From the NCBI RefSeq assembly GCF_009914755.1, contig NC_060931.1: a stretch of DNA of 64,000 nucleotides. One strand, given 5' to 3'. The notes below the pieces were generated by a model that made no database searches, had not been told where the DNA came from, and saw only the letters and a list, made by a program, of their open reading frames with translations. This DNA is from the human T2T-CHM13v2.0 reference genome, Homo sapiens. The translations under genes were made by a program, and so were the position numbers. Shown here piece by piece: positions 15,001 to 28,900 of this stretch (position 1 is its first letter; each line of letters starts with the position of its first letter).

Positions 15001-16900
15001 ATTCCATTCCACTCCATTCCACTCGTGATGATTCCATTCCATTCCATTACATTCCATTCCGTTCCATTGCACTCCATGTCAATCCATTCAATTCAAGTTG
15101 ATTCCATTCCATTCCTATCCCCTCAGGTTGATTCCATTCCATTCTATTCCATTCCATTCCATTCCATTCTACTTGTGTTGATTCAATTCCATTCCCTTCA
15201 ATTCCCTTATATTCCATTCTATTCCATTCCATTTCATTCCTCTCCATTCCATTCGTGTTGATTCCATTCCATTCCATTCCATTCCATTCCATTCCATTCC
15301 ATTCTATTCCGTTCCATTCCATTCCACTCGTATTGATTCCATTCCATTCTATTCCATTCCATTTCATTCCATTCCATTCCGTTCCATTCCATTCCATTCC
15401 ATTCCGTTCCGTTCCATTCCATTCCATTCCATTCCATTCCATTCCGTTGCACCTGGGTTGATTCCATTCCATTCCATTGCATTTGATTCCATTTCATTCA
15501 ATTCAGGTTGATTCCATAACATTCCATTCTGTTCCATTCCTTTCCATTCCATTCCACATCATTCTATTCCATTCCATTCCATGCCATTCCTCTCGTATCT
15601 CCTTGATTCCATTCCATTCCATTCCATTCTCTTCCATTCCACTCGGGTTGATTCCATTCCATTCCATTCCGTTCCATTCCATTCCATTCGGGTTGATTCC
15701 ATTCCATTCCATTCCATTCCATTCTACTCCATTCCATTCCATTCCACTCGGATTGATTTCACGGCATTCCAATCCATTCCATTCCCTTCTATTCCATTCC
15801 ATTCCATTCCAATCCACTCCACTACCTTTGATTCCATTCCATTCCATTGCTTTCCATTCCATTCCATTCCATTCCATTCCATTCCATTCCATTTCACTCG
15901 TGTTGATTCCATTCCATTCCCTTCCATTCCATTCCATTCTATTCCACTCGTGTTGATTCCATTCCATTCCCTTCCATTCCATTCCATTCCATTCCATTCC
16001 ATTCCATTCCGTTCCATTCCAGTCCATGCCAATCCATACCATTCCATTACACTCTGGTTCATTCCATTCCATTCCATTTCATTCCTCTCCCTTCCATTCC
16101 ACTCGCGTTGCAACTTAGGTCGATTCCATTGCATTGGATTCCATTCCATTCCATTCCATTGCACTCGGGTTGATTCCATTCCATTCCATTCCACTCCATT
16201 CCATTCCATTCCATTCCATTCCATTCCATTATTTCATTCCTTTCCATTCCATTCGGGTTGATTCCATTGCGTTGCATTCCATTCCATTCCTTTCCGTTGC
16301 ATTCCATTCAATTCAATTCCATTCCTATCCATTCCATTACACTCCACTCACTTTGATTCCATTCCATTCCATTCCATTCTGTTCCATTCCTTTCCATTCC
16401 ATTGTAGTTGGTTCCGTTCCATTCCATTCCATTCCATTCCATTCCACTCCACTAAACACGGGTGTATTCTATTCCATTCCATTACATTACATTACATTTA
16501 TTTCCATTCGGATTGATTTCACTTTATTCATTGCATTCCATTCCATTCCATTCCATTCCATTGCACGTGGGTTGATTCCATTAAATTCCCTTCCATTCCG
16601 TTACATTCCATTCCATTCTATTCCATTTCATTCCAATCCATGGCATTCCATACCATTCCATTCCATTCGTGTTGATTCCATTGCATTCTATTCCATTCCT
16701 TTGCACTCGGGTTGATTCCATTCCACTCCGTACAATTCAAACCCATTCCATTTCATTCCATTCCATTCCACTCAGGATGATTACATTCCAGTCCATTGCG
16801 TTCCATTCCTTTCCATTCCATTCCACTCCACTGGTGTGGATTCCATTCCATTCCATTCCATTCCATTCCATTCCATTTCATTGAATTCCATTCCATTCCA
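1..16900 (+). repeat. Higher-order repeat block within HSat3: units start at 1, 3197, 7049, 11732 and 16577 (lengths 3196, 3852, 4683, 4845 bp)
   Basis: The landmark tccattaaattcccttccattccgttacatt recurs at these positions. Other rare landmarks (cacacggatggatt, gcgttgcaacttaggtcg, cacgggtgtattct) recur once per unit in the same order. Matching ORF-track peptides begin at 93, 3289, 7141, 11824 and 16669. Confidence 0.92.
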
Positions 16901-19900
16901 CTCGGATTGATTCCATTCCATTCCATTCCTTTCCATTCCATTCCATTCCACTCTGGTAGATTCCATTCCAATCCATTAAGTTCCATTCCATTCCATTCCA
17001 TTCCATTCCATTCCATTCCATTCCACTGTGGTTGATTCCATTCCATTCCATTCCATTCCTTTCCATTACATTATATTACATTACATTACATTCCGCACTC
17101 GTTGATTCCATTCCAGTCCACTCCATTCCATCACATTCCATTCCATTCCATTCCAATCGGGATGATTCCATTCTATTCAATTCTGTTCCATTCCGTTCCA
17201 TTCCGTTCCATTCTATTTCACTCCACAAGGGTGGATTCCATTCTATTCCATTCCATTCCATTCCATTGCATTCCACACGGAATGATTTCATTCCATTCCA
17301 TTCCATTCCGCTCCATTGCAGTCGGGTTGATACCATTCCATTCCAATACATTCCATTCCATTCCATTCCATTCCGCTCCAATGCAGTCGGGTTGATACCA
17401 TTCCATTCCATTCCAATACATTCCATTCCCTTCCATTCCATCCATTCTATTCCCCTGAAGTTGATTCCATTCCTTTCCTTTCCATGCCATTCGATTCCAT
17501 TCCACTCTGATTCATATCATTCTGTTCCATTCCATTCCATTCCATTTCATTCCACTTGCGTTGACTGCATTCTATTCCATTCCATTGCATACCATTCCAT
17601 TCCAATCCATGCCATTCCTTTCCATTCCAATCCATTCCATTCCATTCCACTCACGTTTTTTCCATTCCATTCCATTCCATTCCATTCCATTCCATTCCAT
17701 TACAGTTGATTCTATTCCATTCCATTCCATTCCATTCCATTCCATTCCATTCCATTCCACTCCACTCCATTCCACTTGGTTTGCTTCCATTTCCTTCCAT
17801 TCCATTCAATTCCTTACCATTCCACTTCATTCCATTCCATTCCATTCCACTCGGATGGATTCCACTCCATTCCATTCCATTCCATTGCATTCCATTCCAT
17901 TCCATTCCATTCCACTCCATTCCATTCCACTTGGGTTGATTCCATTTCGTTCCATTCCATTCCATTCCTTACCATTCCACTTCATTCAATTCCATTCCAT
18001 TCCACTCGGATGGATTCCACTGCATTCAATTCCATTCCATTCCATTCCAATCAATTCCACTTGCATTGAATCCATTCCTTTCCATTCCATTCCATTCCAT
18101 TCCACTCCATTCCACTCGGGATGATTCCATTCCATTCCTTTACATTCCGTTCCGTTCCATTGGACTCCATTTCAATCCATTCAATTCCATTTGATTCCAT
18201 TCCATTCCATTCAATTCCATTCCATTCCTATCCCCTCAGGTTGATTCCATTCGGTTTATTCCATTCCATTCCATTCCATTCCTTTCCATTCCATTCCATT
18301 CTACTTGGGTTTATTCCATTCCATTCCCTTCCATTCCCTTATATTCCATTCCATTCCATTCCATTTCATTCCTTTCCTTTCCATTCGGGCTGATTCCATT
18401 GCATTCCATTCCATTCTATTCCTTTGCGTTGTATTCCATTCAAATCAATTCCATTTCTATCCTTTCCATTACACTCCTCTCGCTTTGATTCCATTCTATT
18501 CCATTCCATTCCATTCTGTTCCATTCCTTTCCATTCCATTCCAGTTGGTTCCATTCCTTTTCATTCCATTCCATTCCATTCCATTCTATTCCTTCCATTC
18601 CATTCAACTCTTATTGATTCCATTCTATTCTATTCCATTCCATTCCATTCCATTCCATTCCGTTACGTTCAATTCCATTCCATTCCACTCGGATTGATTC
18701 CATTCCATTCCATTCCATTCCATTCCATTCCATTCCATTGCATTCCATTCCACTCAGGTTGATTCCAGTCCATTCCATTCCATTCTGTCACATTCCATTC
18801 CATTCTATTCCATTCCATTCCATTCCATTTCATGCCATTCCATTCCACTCATGTTGATTCCATTCCACTCCATTCCACTGCATTCCGTTACATTCCATTC
18901 CAATCCATTCCATTACACTCGGGTTGATTCCATTTCATTCCATTCCATTCCATTCCATTCCCACTGTGTTGGCTCCATTCCGTTCCAATCCATTCCATTC
19001 CATTCAATTCCATTTGATTCCATTCCATTCTAATCCATAACAGTGCATTCCACTCCATTCCACACGGATGGATTCCCTTCCATTCCATTCCAATCCATTC
19101 CATTCCATTCCAATCCATTCCATTCCACTTCACTCGTGTTGATACCAATGCATTTCCTCCCATTCCATTCCATTCCATTCCATTGCATTCCATTCCATTC
19201 CACTCGGGTTAATTCCAATCCATTCCTTTCAATTCCATTCCATTCTATTCCATTCCACTCGGGTTGATTCCATTCCATTCCTTTCCATTCTATTCTAGTT
19301 GGTTCCGTTCCATTCCATTCCATTCCATTCCATTCCATTCCATTCCATTCTATTCCGTTCCATTCCATTCCACTCGTATTGATTACATCCCATTCTATTC
19401 CATTCCTTTCCATTCCATTCCATTTCATTCTACTCGGGTTGATTCCATTCCATTCCTTTCCATTCCATTCCATTCCATTCCATTCCATTCCATTCCATTC
19501 TACTCGGGTTGATTCCTTTCCATTCCATTCCATTCCACTCCATTCCATTCCACTTGGGTTGCTTCCATTTCCTTCCATTCCATTCCATTCCTTACCATTC
19601 AACTTCATTCCATTCCATTCCCTTCCACTCGGATGGATTCCACTCCATTCCATTCCATTCCATTCCATTCCATTCCATTCCAATCAATTCCTCTTGCATT
19701 GAATCCATTCCTTTCCATTCCATTCCATTCCACTCCATTCCACTCGGGATGATTCCATTCCATTCCATTACATTCCGTTCCGTTCCATTGGACTCCATTT
19801 CAATCTATTCAATTCCATTTGATTCCATTCCATTCCATTCAATTCCATTCCATTCCTATCCCCTCAGGTTGATTCCATTCCGTTTATTCCATTCCGTTCC

Positions 19901-22900
19901 ATTTCATTCCATTCCATTCCATTCCATTCCATTCCATTCCATTCCATTCCATTCCATTCCATTCTACTTGGGTTTATTCCATTCCATTCCCTTCCATTCC
20001 CTTATATTCCGTTCCATTCCATTCCATTTCATTCCTTTCCATTGCATTCGGGCTGATTCCTTTGCATTCCATTCCATTCCATTCCTTTCCGTTGTATTCT
20101 ATTCAAATCAATTCCATTTCTATCCATTCCATTACACTCCTCTCACTTTGATTCCATTCTATTGCATTCCATTCCTTTCTGTTCCATTCCTTTCCTTTCC
20201 ATTCCAGTTGATTCCATTCCTTTTCATTCCATTCCATTCCATTCTATTCCGTTCCATTCCATTCAACTCGTATTGATTCCATTCTATTCTATTCCATTCC
20301 ATCCCATTTCATTCCGTTACGTTTCATTCCATTCCATTCCACTCGGATTGATTCCATTCCATTCCATTCCATTCCATTCCACTCAGGTTGATTCCATTCC
20401 ATTCCATTCCATTCTGTCCCATTCCATTCCATTCTATTCCATTCCATTCTATTCCATTCCATTCCATTCCATTTCATGCCATTCCATTCCACTCATGTTG
20501 GTTCCATTCCACTGCATTCCATTGCATTCCGTTCCTTTCCAGTCCATGCCATTCCATACAATTCCATTACATTCCGTTCCTTTGCAGTCCATGCCATTCC
20601 ATACCATTCCATTACACTCTGGTTCATTCCATTCCATTCCATTTCATTCCACTCCCTTCCATTCCACTCGCGTTGCAACTTAGGTTGATTCCATTGCATT
20701 GCATTCCATTCCATTCCATTCCATTGCACTCGTGTTGATTCCATTCCATTCCATTCCACTCCATTCCATTCCATTCCATTCCATTTCATTCCTTTCCATT
20801 CCATTCGGGTTGATTCCCTTGCATTCCATTCCATTCCATTCCTTTCTGTTGCATTCCATTCAATTCAATTCCATTCCTATCCATTCCATTACACTCCACT
20901 CGCTTTGATTCCATTCCATTCCATTCCATTCTGTTCCATTCCTTTCCATACCATTGTAGTTGGTTCCGTTCCATTCCATTCCATTCCATTCCATTCCATT
21001 CCATTCCATTCCATTCCATTCTATTCCGTTCCAATCCATACCACTCGTATTGATTCCATTCCATTCTATTCCATTCCGTTTCATTCCATTCCATTCCGTT
21101 CCATTCAATTCCATTCCATTCCACTCGGATTGATTCCATTCTATTCCATTCCATTCCACTCCATTCCACTCGGGATGATTCCATTCCATTCCATTACATT
21201 CCGTTCCGTTCCATTGGACTCCATTTCAATCCATTCAATTCCATTTGATTCCATTCCATTCCATTCAATTCCATTCCATTCCTATCCCCTCAGGTTGATT
21301 CCATTCCTTTTATTCCATTCCATTCCATTCCATTCCATTCCATTCCATTCTACTTGGGTTTATTCCATTCCATTCCCTTCCATTCCCTTATATTCCATTC
21401 CATTCCATTCCATTTCATTCCTTTCCATTCCATTCGGGCTGATTCCTTTGCATTCCATTCCATTCCATTCCTTTCCGTTGTATTCTATTCAAATCAATTC
21501 CATTTCTATCCATTCCATTACACTCCTCTCACTTTGATTCCATTCTATTCCATTCCATTCCATTCTGTTCCATTCCTTTCCTTTCCATTCCAGTTGGTTC
21601 CATTCCTTTTCATTCCATTCCATTCCATTCTATTCCGTTCCATTCCATTCAACTCGTATTGATTCCATTCTATTCTATTCCATTCCATTCTATTCCATTC
21701 CATCCCATTTCATTCCGTTACGTTTCATTCCATTTCATTCCACTCGGATTGATTCCATTCCATTCCATTCCATTCCATTCCATTCCATTCCACTCAGGTT
21801 GATTCCATTCCATTCCATTCCATTCTGTCCCATTCCATTCCATTCTATTCCATTCCATTCTATTCCATTCTATTCCATTCCATTTCATGCCATTCCATTC
21901 CACTCATGTTGATTCCATTCAACTGCATTCCATTGCATTCCGTTCCATTCCATTCCAATCCATTCCATTACACTCAGGTTGATTCCACTTCATTCCATTC
22001 CATTCCATTCCATTCCCACTGTGTTGACTCCATTCCATTCCATTCCATTGCATTCCATTATGGTTGATCAATTCCATTCCATTCAACTCCATCCATTCCA
22101 TTCCATTCCACTCATGTTGATTCCATTCCATTCCATTCCATTCCATTCCATTCCATTCCATTCGCATTGATTCCATTCCATTCCATTCCATTCCATTCCA
22201 TTCCATTCCATTCCACTCGTGTTGATTCCATTCCATTCAATTCCATTCCATTCCATTACTCTCGGGTTGATTCCATTCCACTACATTCCATTCCATTCCG
22301 TTCCTTTCGGATTAATTCCTCACCGTTCTATACCATTCCATTCCATGCAATTCCACTCCAATCTCTTTGAGTCCATTCCATTCCATTCCGTTCCATTCCA
22401 TTCCACTCGGGTTGATTCCTTTCCATTCCATTCCATTCCATTCCATTCCAAGCCATTCCATTCCATTCCATTCCATGCCATTCCATTCCATTCCATTCCA
22501 TTCCATTCCATTCCTGTCACGTTTTTTCCATGCCATTCCATTCCATTCCATTCCATTCAATTCCATTCCATTCCACTCGGATTCATTCCATTCTATTCCA
22601 TTCCATTCCATTCCATTCCATTCAATTCCATTCCATTCCACTCGGATTCATTCCATTCTATTCCATTCCATTCCATTCCATTCCATTCCATTCGTGTTAA
22701 TTCCATTCCATTCCATTCCATTCTACTCCATTCCTTTACATTGCACTCGCATTGATTTCACTCCCTTCCAATAAATTCCATTCCCTTCTATTCTATTCCA
22801 TTCCATTCCATTCCAATACACTCCTCTAGCTTTGATTCCACTCCATTCCATTGTATTCCATTCCATTCCACTCGGGTTGATACCATTTCATTCCATTGCA

Positions 22901-25900
22901 TTCCATTCCACTCCAATCCATTCCATTCTATTCCACTAGGTTTGATTCCATTCCACTCCATTCTATTCCATTCCATTCCATTCTATTCCACTAGGGTTGA
23001 TTCCATTCCACTCCATTCCATTCCATTCCATTCCATCCCATTCCATTCCATTGCATTCCATTCCTGTTGATTCCATTCCATTCCAATCCATTCCGTTTCA
23101 TTCCATTCCATTCCTTTCCATTCCATTCCACTTATATTGTATCCATTCCATTCCATTCCATTCCATTCCATAACATTCCATTCCATTGCATGACATTCCA
23201 CTCGGATTGATTCCATTCCATTCCCTTCCATTGCGTTGCATTCCCTTCCATTCCATTCCATTACATTACACTAAAATCGATTCCATGCCATTTCATTCCA
23301 ATCGGGTTGATTCCATTCCATTCCATTCCCTTTCATTCCATTCCATTCCATTCCACTCTCGTTCAATCCATTCCATTGCATTCCACTCCATTCCATTCCA
23401 TTGCATTCCATTACACTCGAGTTAATTCCGTTCCATTCCATTCCATTTCATTCCATTCCATTCCATTCCTTTCCATTCCATTCCATTCCATTCCATTCCT
23501 TTCCAATCCATTCCGTTCCATTCAATTCCACTCATGTTGATTCCATTCCATACCATACCATTCCATTCCATTCCATTCCACTCGCGTTGATTCCATTCCA
23601 TTCCATTCCATTCTATTTCATTCCACTCGGGTTGAATCCATTCCACTCCCTTCCATTCCGTTCCATTCCAATCCATTCCATTCCATGCATTTCCATTCCA
23701 TTCCATTCCATTACATTCCATGCCATTCAATACCACTCCATTCCATTCTGCTTCATTCCATTCCATTGCATTTCATTCCATTCCATTCCATTCCATTCCA
23801 TTCCACTAGCGTTGCCACTCGGGTTGATTCCATTCCATTGCATTCCATTCCATTCCATTCCTTTGTACTCGGGTGGATTCCATTCCATTCCATTCCATTC
23901 CATTCCATTCCATTCCATTCCTTTCCATTCCATACGTGTTGATTCCATTCCATTCCTTTCAATTCCATTCCATTCCATTCAATTCCATTCCTATCCATTC
24001 CATTACCCTCTGCTCGCTTTGATTCCATTCCATTCCATTGCATTCTCTCCCATTCCATTCCATTCCATTCCATTCCAGTTGATTCCGTTTCATTCCTTTA
24101 AATTCCATTCCATTGCATTCGATTCTATTCCGTTCCATTCCATTCCATCGTATTGATTCCATTCCATTGCATTCGATTCTATTCCGTTCCATTCCATTCC
24201 ATCGTATTGATTCCATTCCATTCTATTCCATTCCATTCCATTCCATTCCATTCCATTCCTTTCCATTCCATTCCATTCCATTCCATTCCATTCCATTCCA
24301 TTCCAGTTGATATAATTCCATTCCATTCCACTGCACTCAGTTTAATTCCTTTCCATTCCATTCCATTCGATTGCATTGCATTCCATTCCATTCCATTAAA
24401 TTCCATTTGATTCCATTCCATTCCACTATATTCCAGTCCATTCCACTAGGGTTGATTCAATTGCATTGCATTCCACTGCATTCCATTCTATTCCATTCCA
24501 TTTCACCCGGGTTGTTTCCATTCCAATCCATTGCATTCAATATCATTCCATTCATTTCGGGTTGATTCCATTCCATTCCATTCTATTCCACTACTTTCCA
24601 TTCCATTCCATTCCTTTCCATTCCATTCCATTCAATTCGGGTTAATTCTACACCATTCTATACCATTCCATTCAATGCCATTCCACTCCAATCTCTTTGA
24701 TTCCATTTCATTCCATTCCATTCTGTTCCATTCCACTCCATTCCATTCCATTCCATTCCATTCCGTTCTATTCCACTCGGTTTGATTCCTTTCCATTCCA
24801 TTACATTCTTTCCATTCCATTCCTTTCCATTTCTTTCAGGTTCATTCCATTCCATTCCATTCCATTCCATTGCATTCCATTCCATTCGATTCTATTCCAT
24901 TCCATTCCATTCCATTCATTTCCATTCCATTCCATTCCAATCGTCTTGATTCCATTGAATTCTATTCCATTCCAATCCATTCCATTCAATTCCATTGCAG
25001 TTGATACCATTGCATTCCCTTCCATTATATTCTACTGCACTCAGGTTGATTCCACTCCATTCCTCTCCATTCCTTTACATTCCATTCCATTCCATTCCTT
25101 TAAATTCCATTTGATTCCATTCCATTCCATTGGATTCTGTTCCATTCCACTTGGGTTGATTCCATTCCAGTGCATTCCATTCCATTCCATTCCTTGTCAT
25201 TGCATTCCATTCAATTCAATTCCATTTCTATCCATTCCATTACACACCACTCGCTTTGACACCATTCCATTCCATTCCGTTCCATTCCTTTCCATTCCAT
25301 TCCAGTTTATTTCGTTCCATTCCATTCCTTTCCATTCCATTCCATTCCATTCCACACGTGTTGACTGCTTTCCATTCCATTCCATTCCATTCCATTCCAT
25401 AACAAACGTGTTGAGTCCATTCCATTCCATTCCGTTCCATTCCTTTCCATTCCATTCCAGTTTATTTCGTTCCATTCCATTCCTTTCCATTCCATTCCAT
25501 TCCATTCCACACGTGTTGACTGCTTTCCATTCCATTCCATTCCATTCCATTCCATTCCATTCCATACCAAACGTGTTGATTCCATTCCATTCCATTCTAT
25601 TCCATTCCAATCCATTGGATTCCAATCCATTCCAGTTGATACCATTCCATTCCATTCCAATGCAGTCGGGTTGATTCCTTTCCATTCCATTCCATTCCAT
25701 TCCATTCCATTAAATTCCATTTGATTCCATTGCATTCCATTAGATGCCATTCCATTCCACTAGGAATGTTTCCATTGCATTGCATTCCATTCCATTCCAT
25801 TCCATTCCTTTCCATTCCATTCCGTTACACCTACGACGATTCCATTCCATTCCATTGCATTTGATTCCATTCCATTCAATTCGGGTTGATTGCATTCCAT

Positions 25901-28900
25901 TCCATTCTATTCCATTCCTTTCCTTTCCATTCCACACCATTCCATTCCTTTCCATTCCATGCCATTCCACTTCAATCTCTTTGATTCCATTCCATTCCAT
26001 TCCATTCTCTGCCATTCCACTCGGGTTGATTCCATTCCATTCCATTCCACTCGGGTTGATTCCATTCCATTCCATTCCTTTCCATTCCACTCGTATTGAT
26101 TAAATTCCATTCCATTCCATTCCATTCCATTCCATTCCATTCCATTCCATTCCATTCCATTCCATTCCACTCGGGTTGATTCCATTCCATTACATTTGGG
26201 TTGATTCCATTCCATTCCATTCCATTCCAATCCAGTCAATTCCACTCGTGCTGATTCGATTCCATTCCACTCCATTTCATTCCGTTCCATTCCATTCCAT
26301 TCGGGTTGATTCCATTCCATTCCATTCCATTCCATTCCATTCCATTCCATTCCATTCCATTCCATTCTGGTTGATTCCATTCCATTCCATTCCATTCCAT
26401 TCCGTTCCATTCCTTTCCATTCCATTGCAGTTGATTCCATTCCATTGCATTCCATTCCTTTCCATTGCATTTCTTTCGTCTTGATTCCATTCCATTCTCT
26501 TCCATTCGAATCCATTCCGTTCCATTTCATTCCAGTTGGTAGCATTCCATTCCATTCCATTCCATTCCACTGCACTCGGTTTGATTCCACTCCATTCCAT
26601 TCCATTCAATTGCATTGCATTCCATTAAATTCCATTTCATTCCATTCCATTTCATTAGATTCCATTCCGTTCCACTCGGGTTGATTCCATTTCTTTGCAT
26701 TCCATTCTATTCCATTCGATTCCATTCCATTGCACTCGGGTTGATTCCATTCCACTCCATTCCATTCCATTGAATTTCATTCCATTCCATTCCATTCTGG
26801 TTGATTGCATTCCATTCCATTCCATTCCACTCCATTCCATTCTTTCCATTCCATTCCATTCCATTACATTCCATTACATTCCTTTCCATTGCATTACAGT
26901 CCACTCGCATTGATTCCATTCTATTACATTCCATTCCTTTCCACTCCATTCCATTCCACTGCATTCCACTCTGGTTGATTCTATTCCATTCCATTCCATT
27001 CCATTCCTTTCCACTCGTGTTGATTAAATTCCATTCCCTTCCATTCCATTACATTCTATCCCATTCCAGTCTGGTTGATTCCATTCCATTCCACTTGTGG
27101 TGATTCCATTCCATTCCATTCCATTCCATTCCATTCCATTCCATTCCATTCCATTCCACTAGGGTAGATTCCTTTCCCTTCCATTCCATTCCATTCCGTT
27201 CCATTCCTTTCCATGCCATTCCAGTTGATTCCATTCCATTCCATTCCATTCCATTACTTTCCATTCCATTCCATTCCAATCCATACCATTCCATTCCATT
27301 CCAGTTGATACCATTCCATTCCATTCCATTCCATTCCACTGCACTCAGGTTTATTCCATTCTATTACAATCCATTCCATTGCATTCCATTTCATTAAGTT
27401 CCATTAAATTCTATTTGATTCCATTCCATTCCGTTAGATTCCATTCCATTCTAGTTGTGTTGATTTCATTGCATTGCATTCCATTCCATTCCAATCCATT
27501 CCATTCCACTGCACTCAGGTTTATTCCATTCCATTCCATTCCATTCCATTCCATTCCATTCCATTCCATTCTTTTCCATTTCATTCCACTCGGGAAGATT
27601 CCATTCCATTCCGTTCCATTACACTCCATTCCATTCCATTCCATTCCATTCCATTCCATTCCATTCCATTCCATTCCATTTCATTCCGTTCCATTGCATT
27701 TAGATTGATTCCATTCCATTCCATTCCATTCCATTGCTTTCCATTCCATTACATTACATTTCATTCCCCTCGAGTTGATTAAATTCCATTTCATTCCATA
27801 CCATTCCATTCCATTCCATTCCCCTCGATTTGATTCCAGTGCATTCCACTCGTGTTGATTCGATTCCATTCCACTCCATTCCATTCCATTGAATTCCACT
27901 CGGGTTGATTCCATTCCATTCCATTTCATTCCCTTCCATTACATTCGAGTTGATTCCCTTCCATTCCATTCTATTCCATTCCATTCCTTTCCATTCTATT
28001 CCATTCCAATCCATTCCTTTCCATTCCATTCCATTTGTTAGAATTCCATTCCATTCCACTGCACTCGGGTTAATTCCTTTGCATTCGTTCCTTTCCATTG
28101 TATTCCATTCCGTTCCATTCTTTTCCATTCCATTCCAGTTGATTCCATTCCATTCCATTCCATTCCATTCCATTCCATAACTTTCCATTCCATTCCACTC
28201 GTCTTGAATCCATTCCATTCTATTCCATTCCAATCCATCCCATTCCAATTCATTGATGTTGATACCATTCCATTCCATTCTACTGCACTCGGGTTGATTC
28301 CCTTCCATTACATTCCATTCCATTGCATTCCATTACATTAAATTCCATTATATTCCACTTGATTCCATTCCATTCCACTCGGGTTGATTCCATTGCATTG
28401 CATTCCATTTCATTCCAATCCATTCCATTCCATTCCATTCCATTCCATGCCATTCCATTCCATTGTTTTCCATTTCATTCCACTCGGAATGATTCCATTC
28501 TAATCCGTTTCATTCCACTACATTCCATTCCATTCCATTCCATTCCATTCCATTCCATTCCCTTCGTGTTGATTCCACTGCATTCCACTCGTGTTGATTC
28601 GATTCCATTCCACTCCTTTCCATTACATTCCAATCCATTCCATTCCATTCCACTCGGTTTGATTGCATTCCATTCCATTCCAACTGATTCCATTCCATTC
28701 CATTCCATTCCATTCCATTCCATTCCTTTCCATTCCATTCCATTCCACTCCACTCGGGTTGATTCCCTTCCATTCCACTCCATTTCATTCCATTTCATCC
28801 AATTCCATTGCATTCCATTCAATTCCATTCCATTCCATTCCAATCCATTCCATTCAGGTTAATTCCATTCCATTCCATTCCATTCCATTCCATTCCATTC

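Noticed and set aside
1-16900. Assignment to the Y-chromosome DYZ1 repeat or to a specific chromosome or HSat3 subfamily
   Set aside because: Unit lengths (3.2-4.8 kb, full unit ~4.8 kb) do not match a regular ~3.6 kb unit. Chromosome and subfamily cannot be determined without k-mer comparison.
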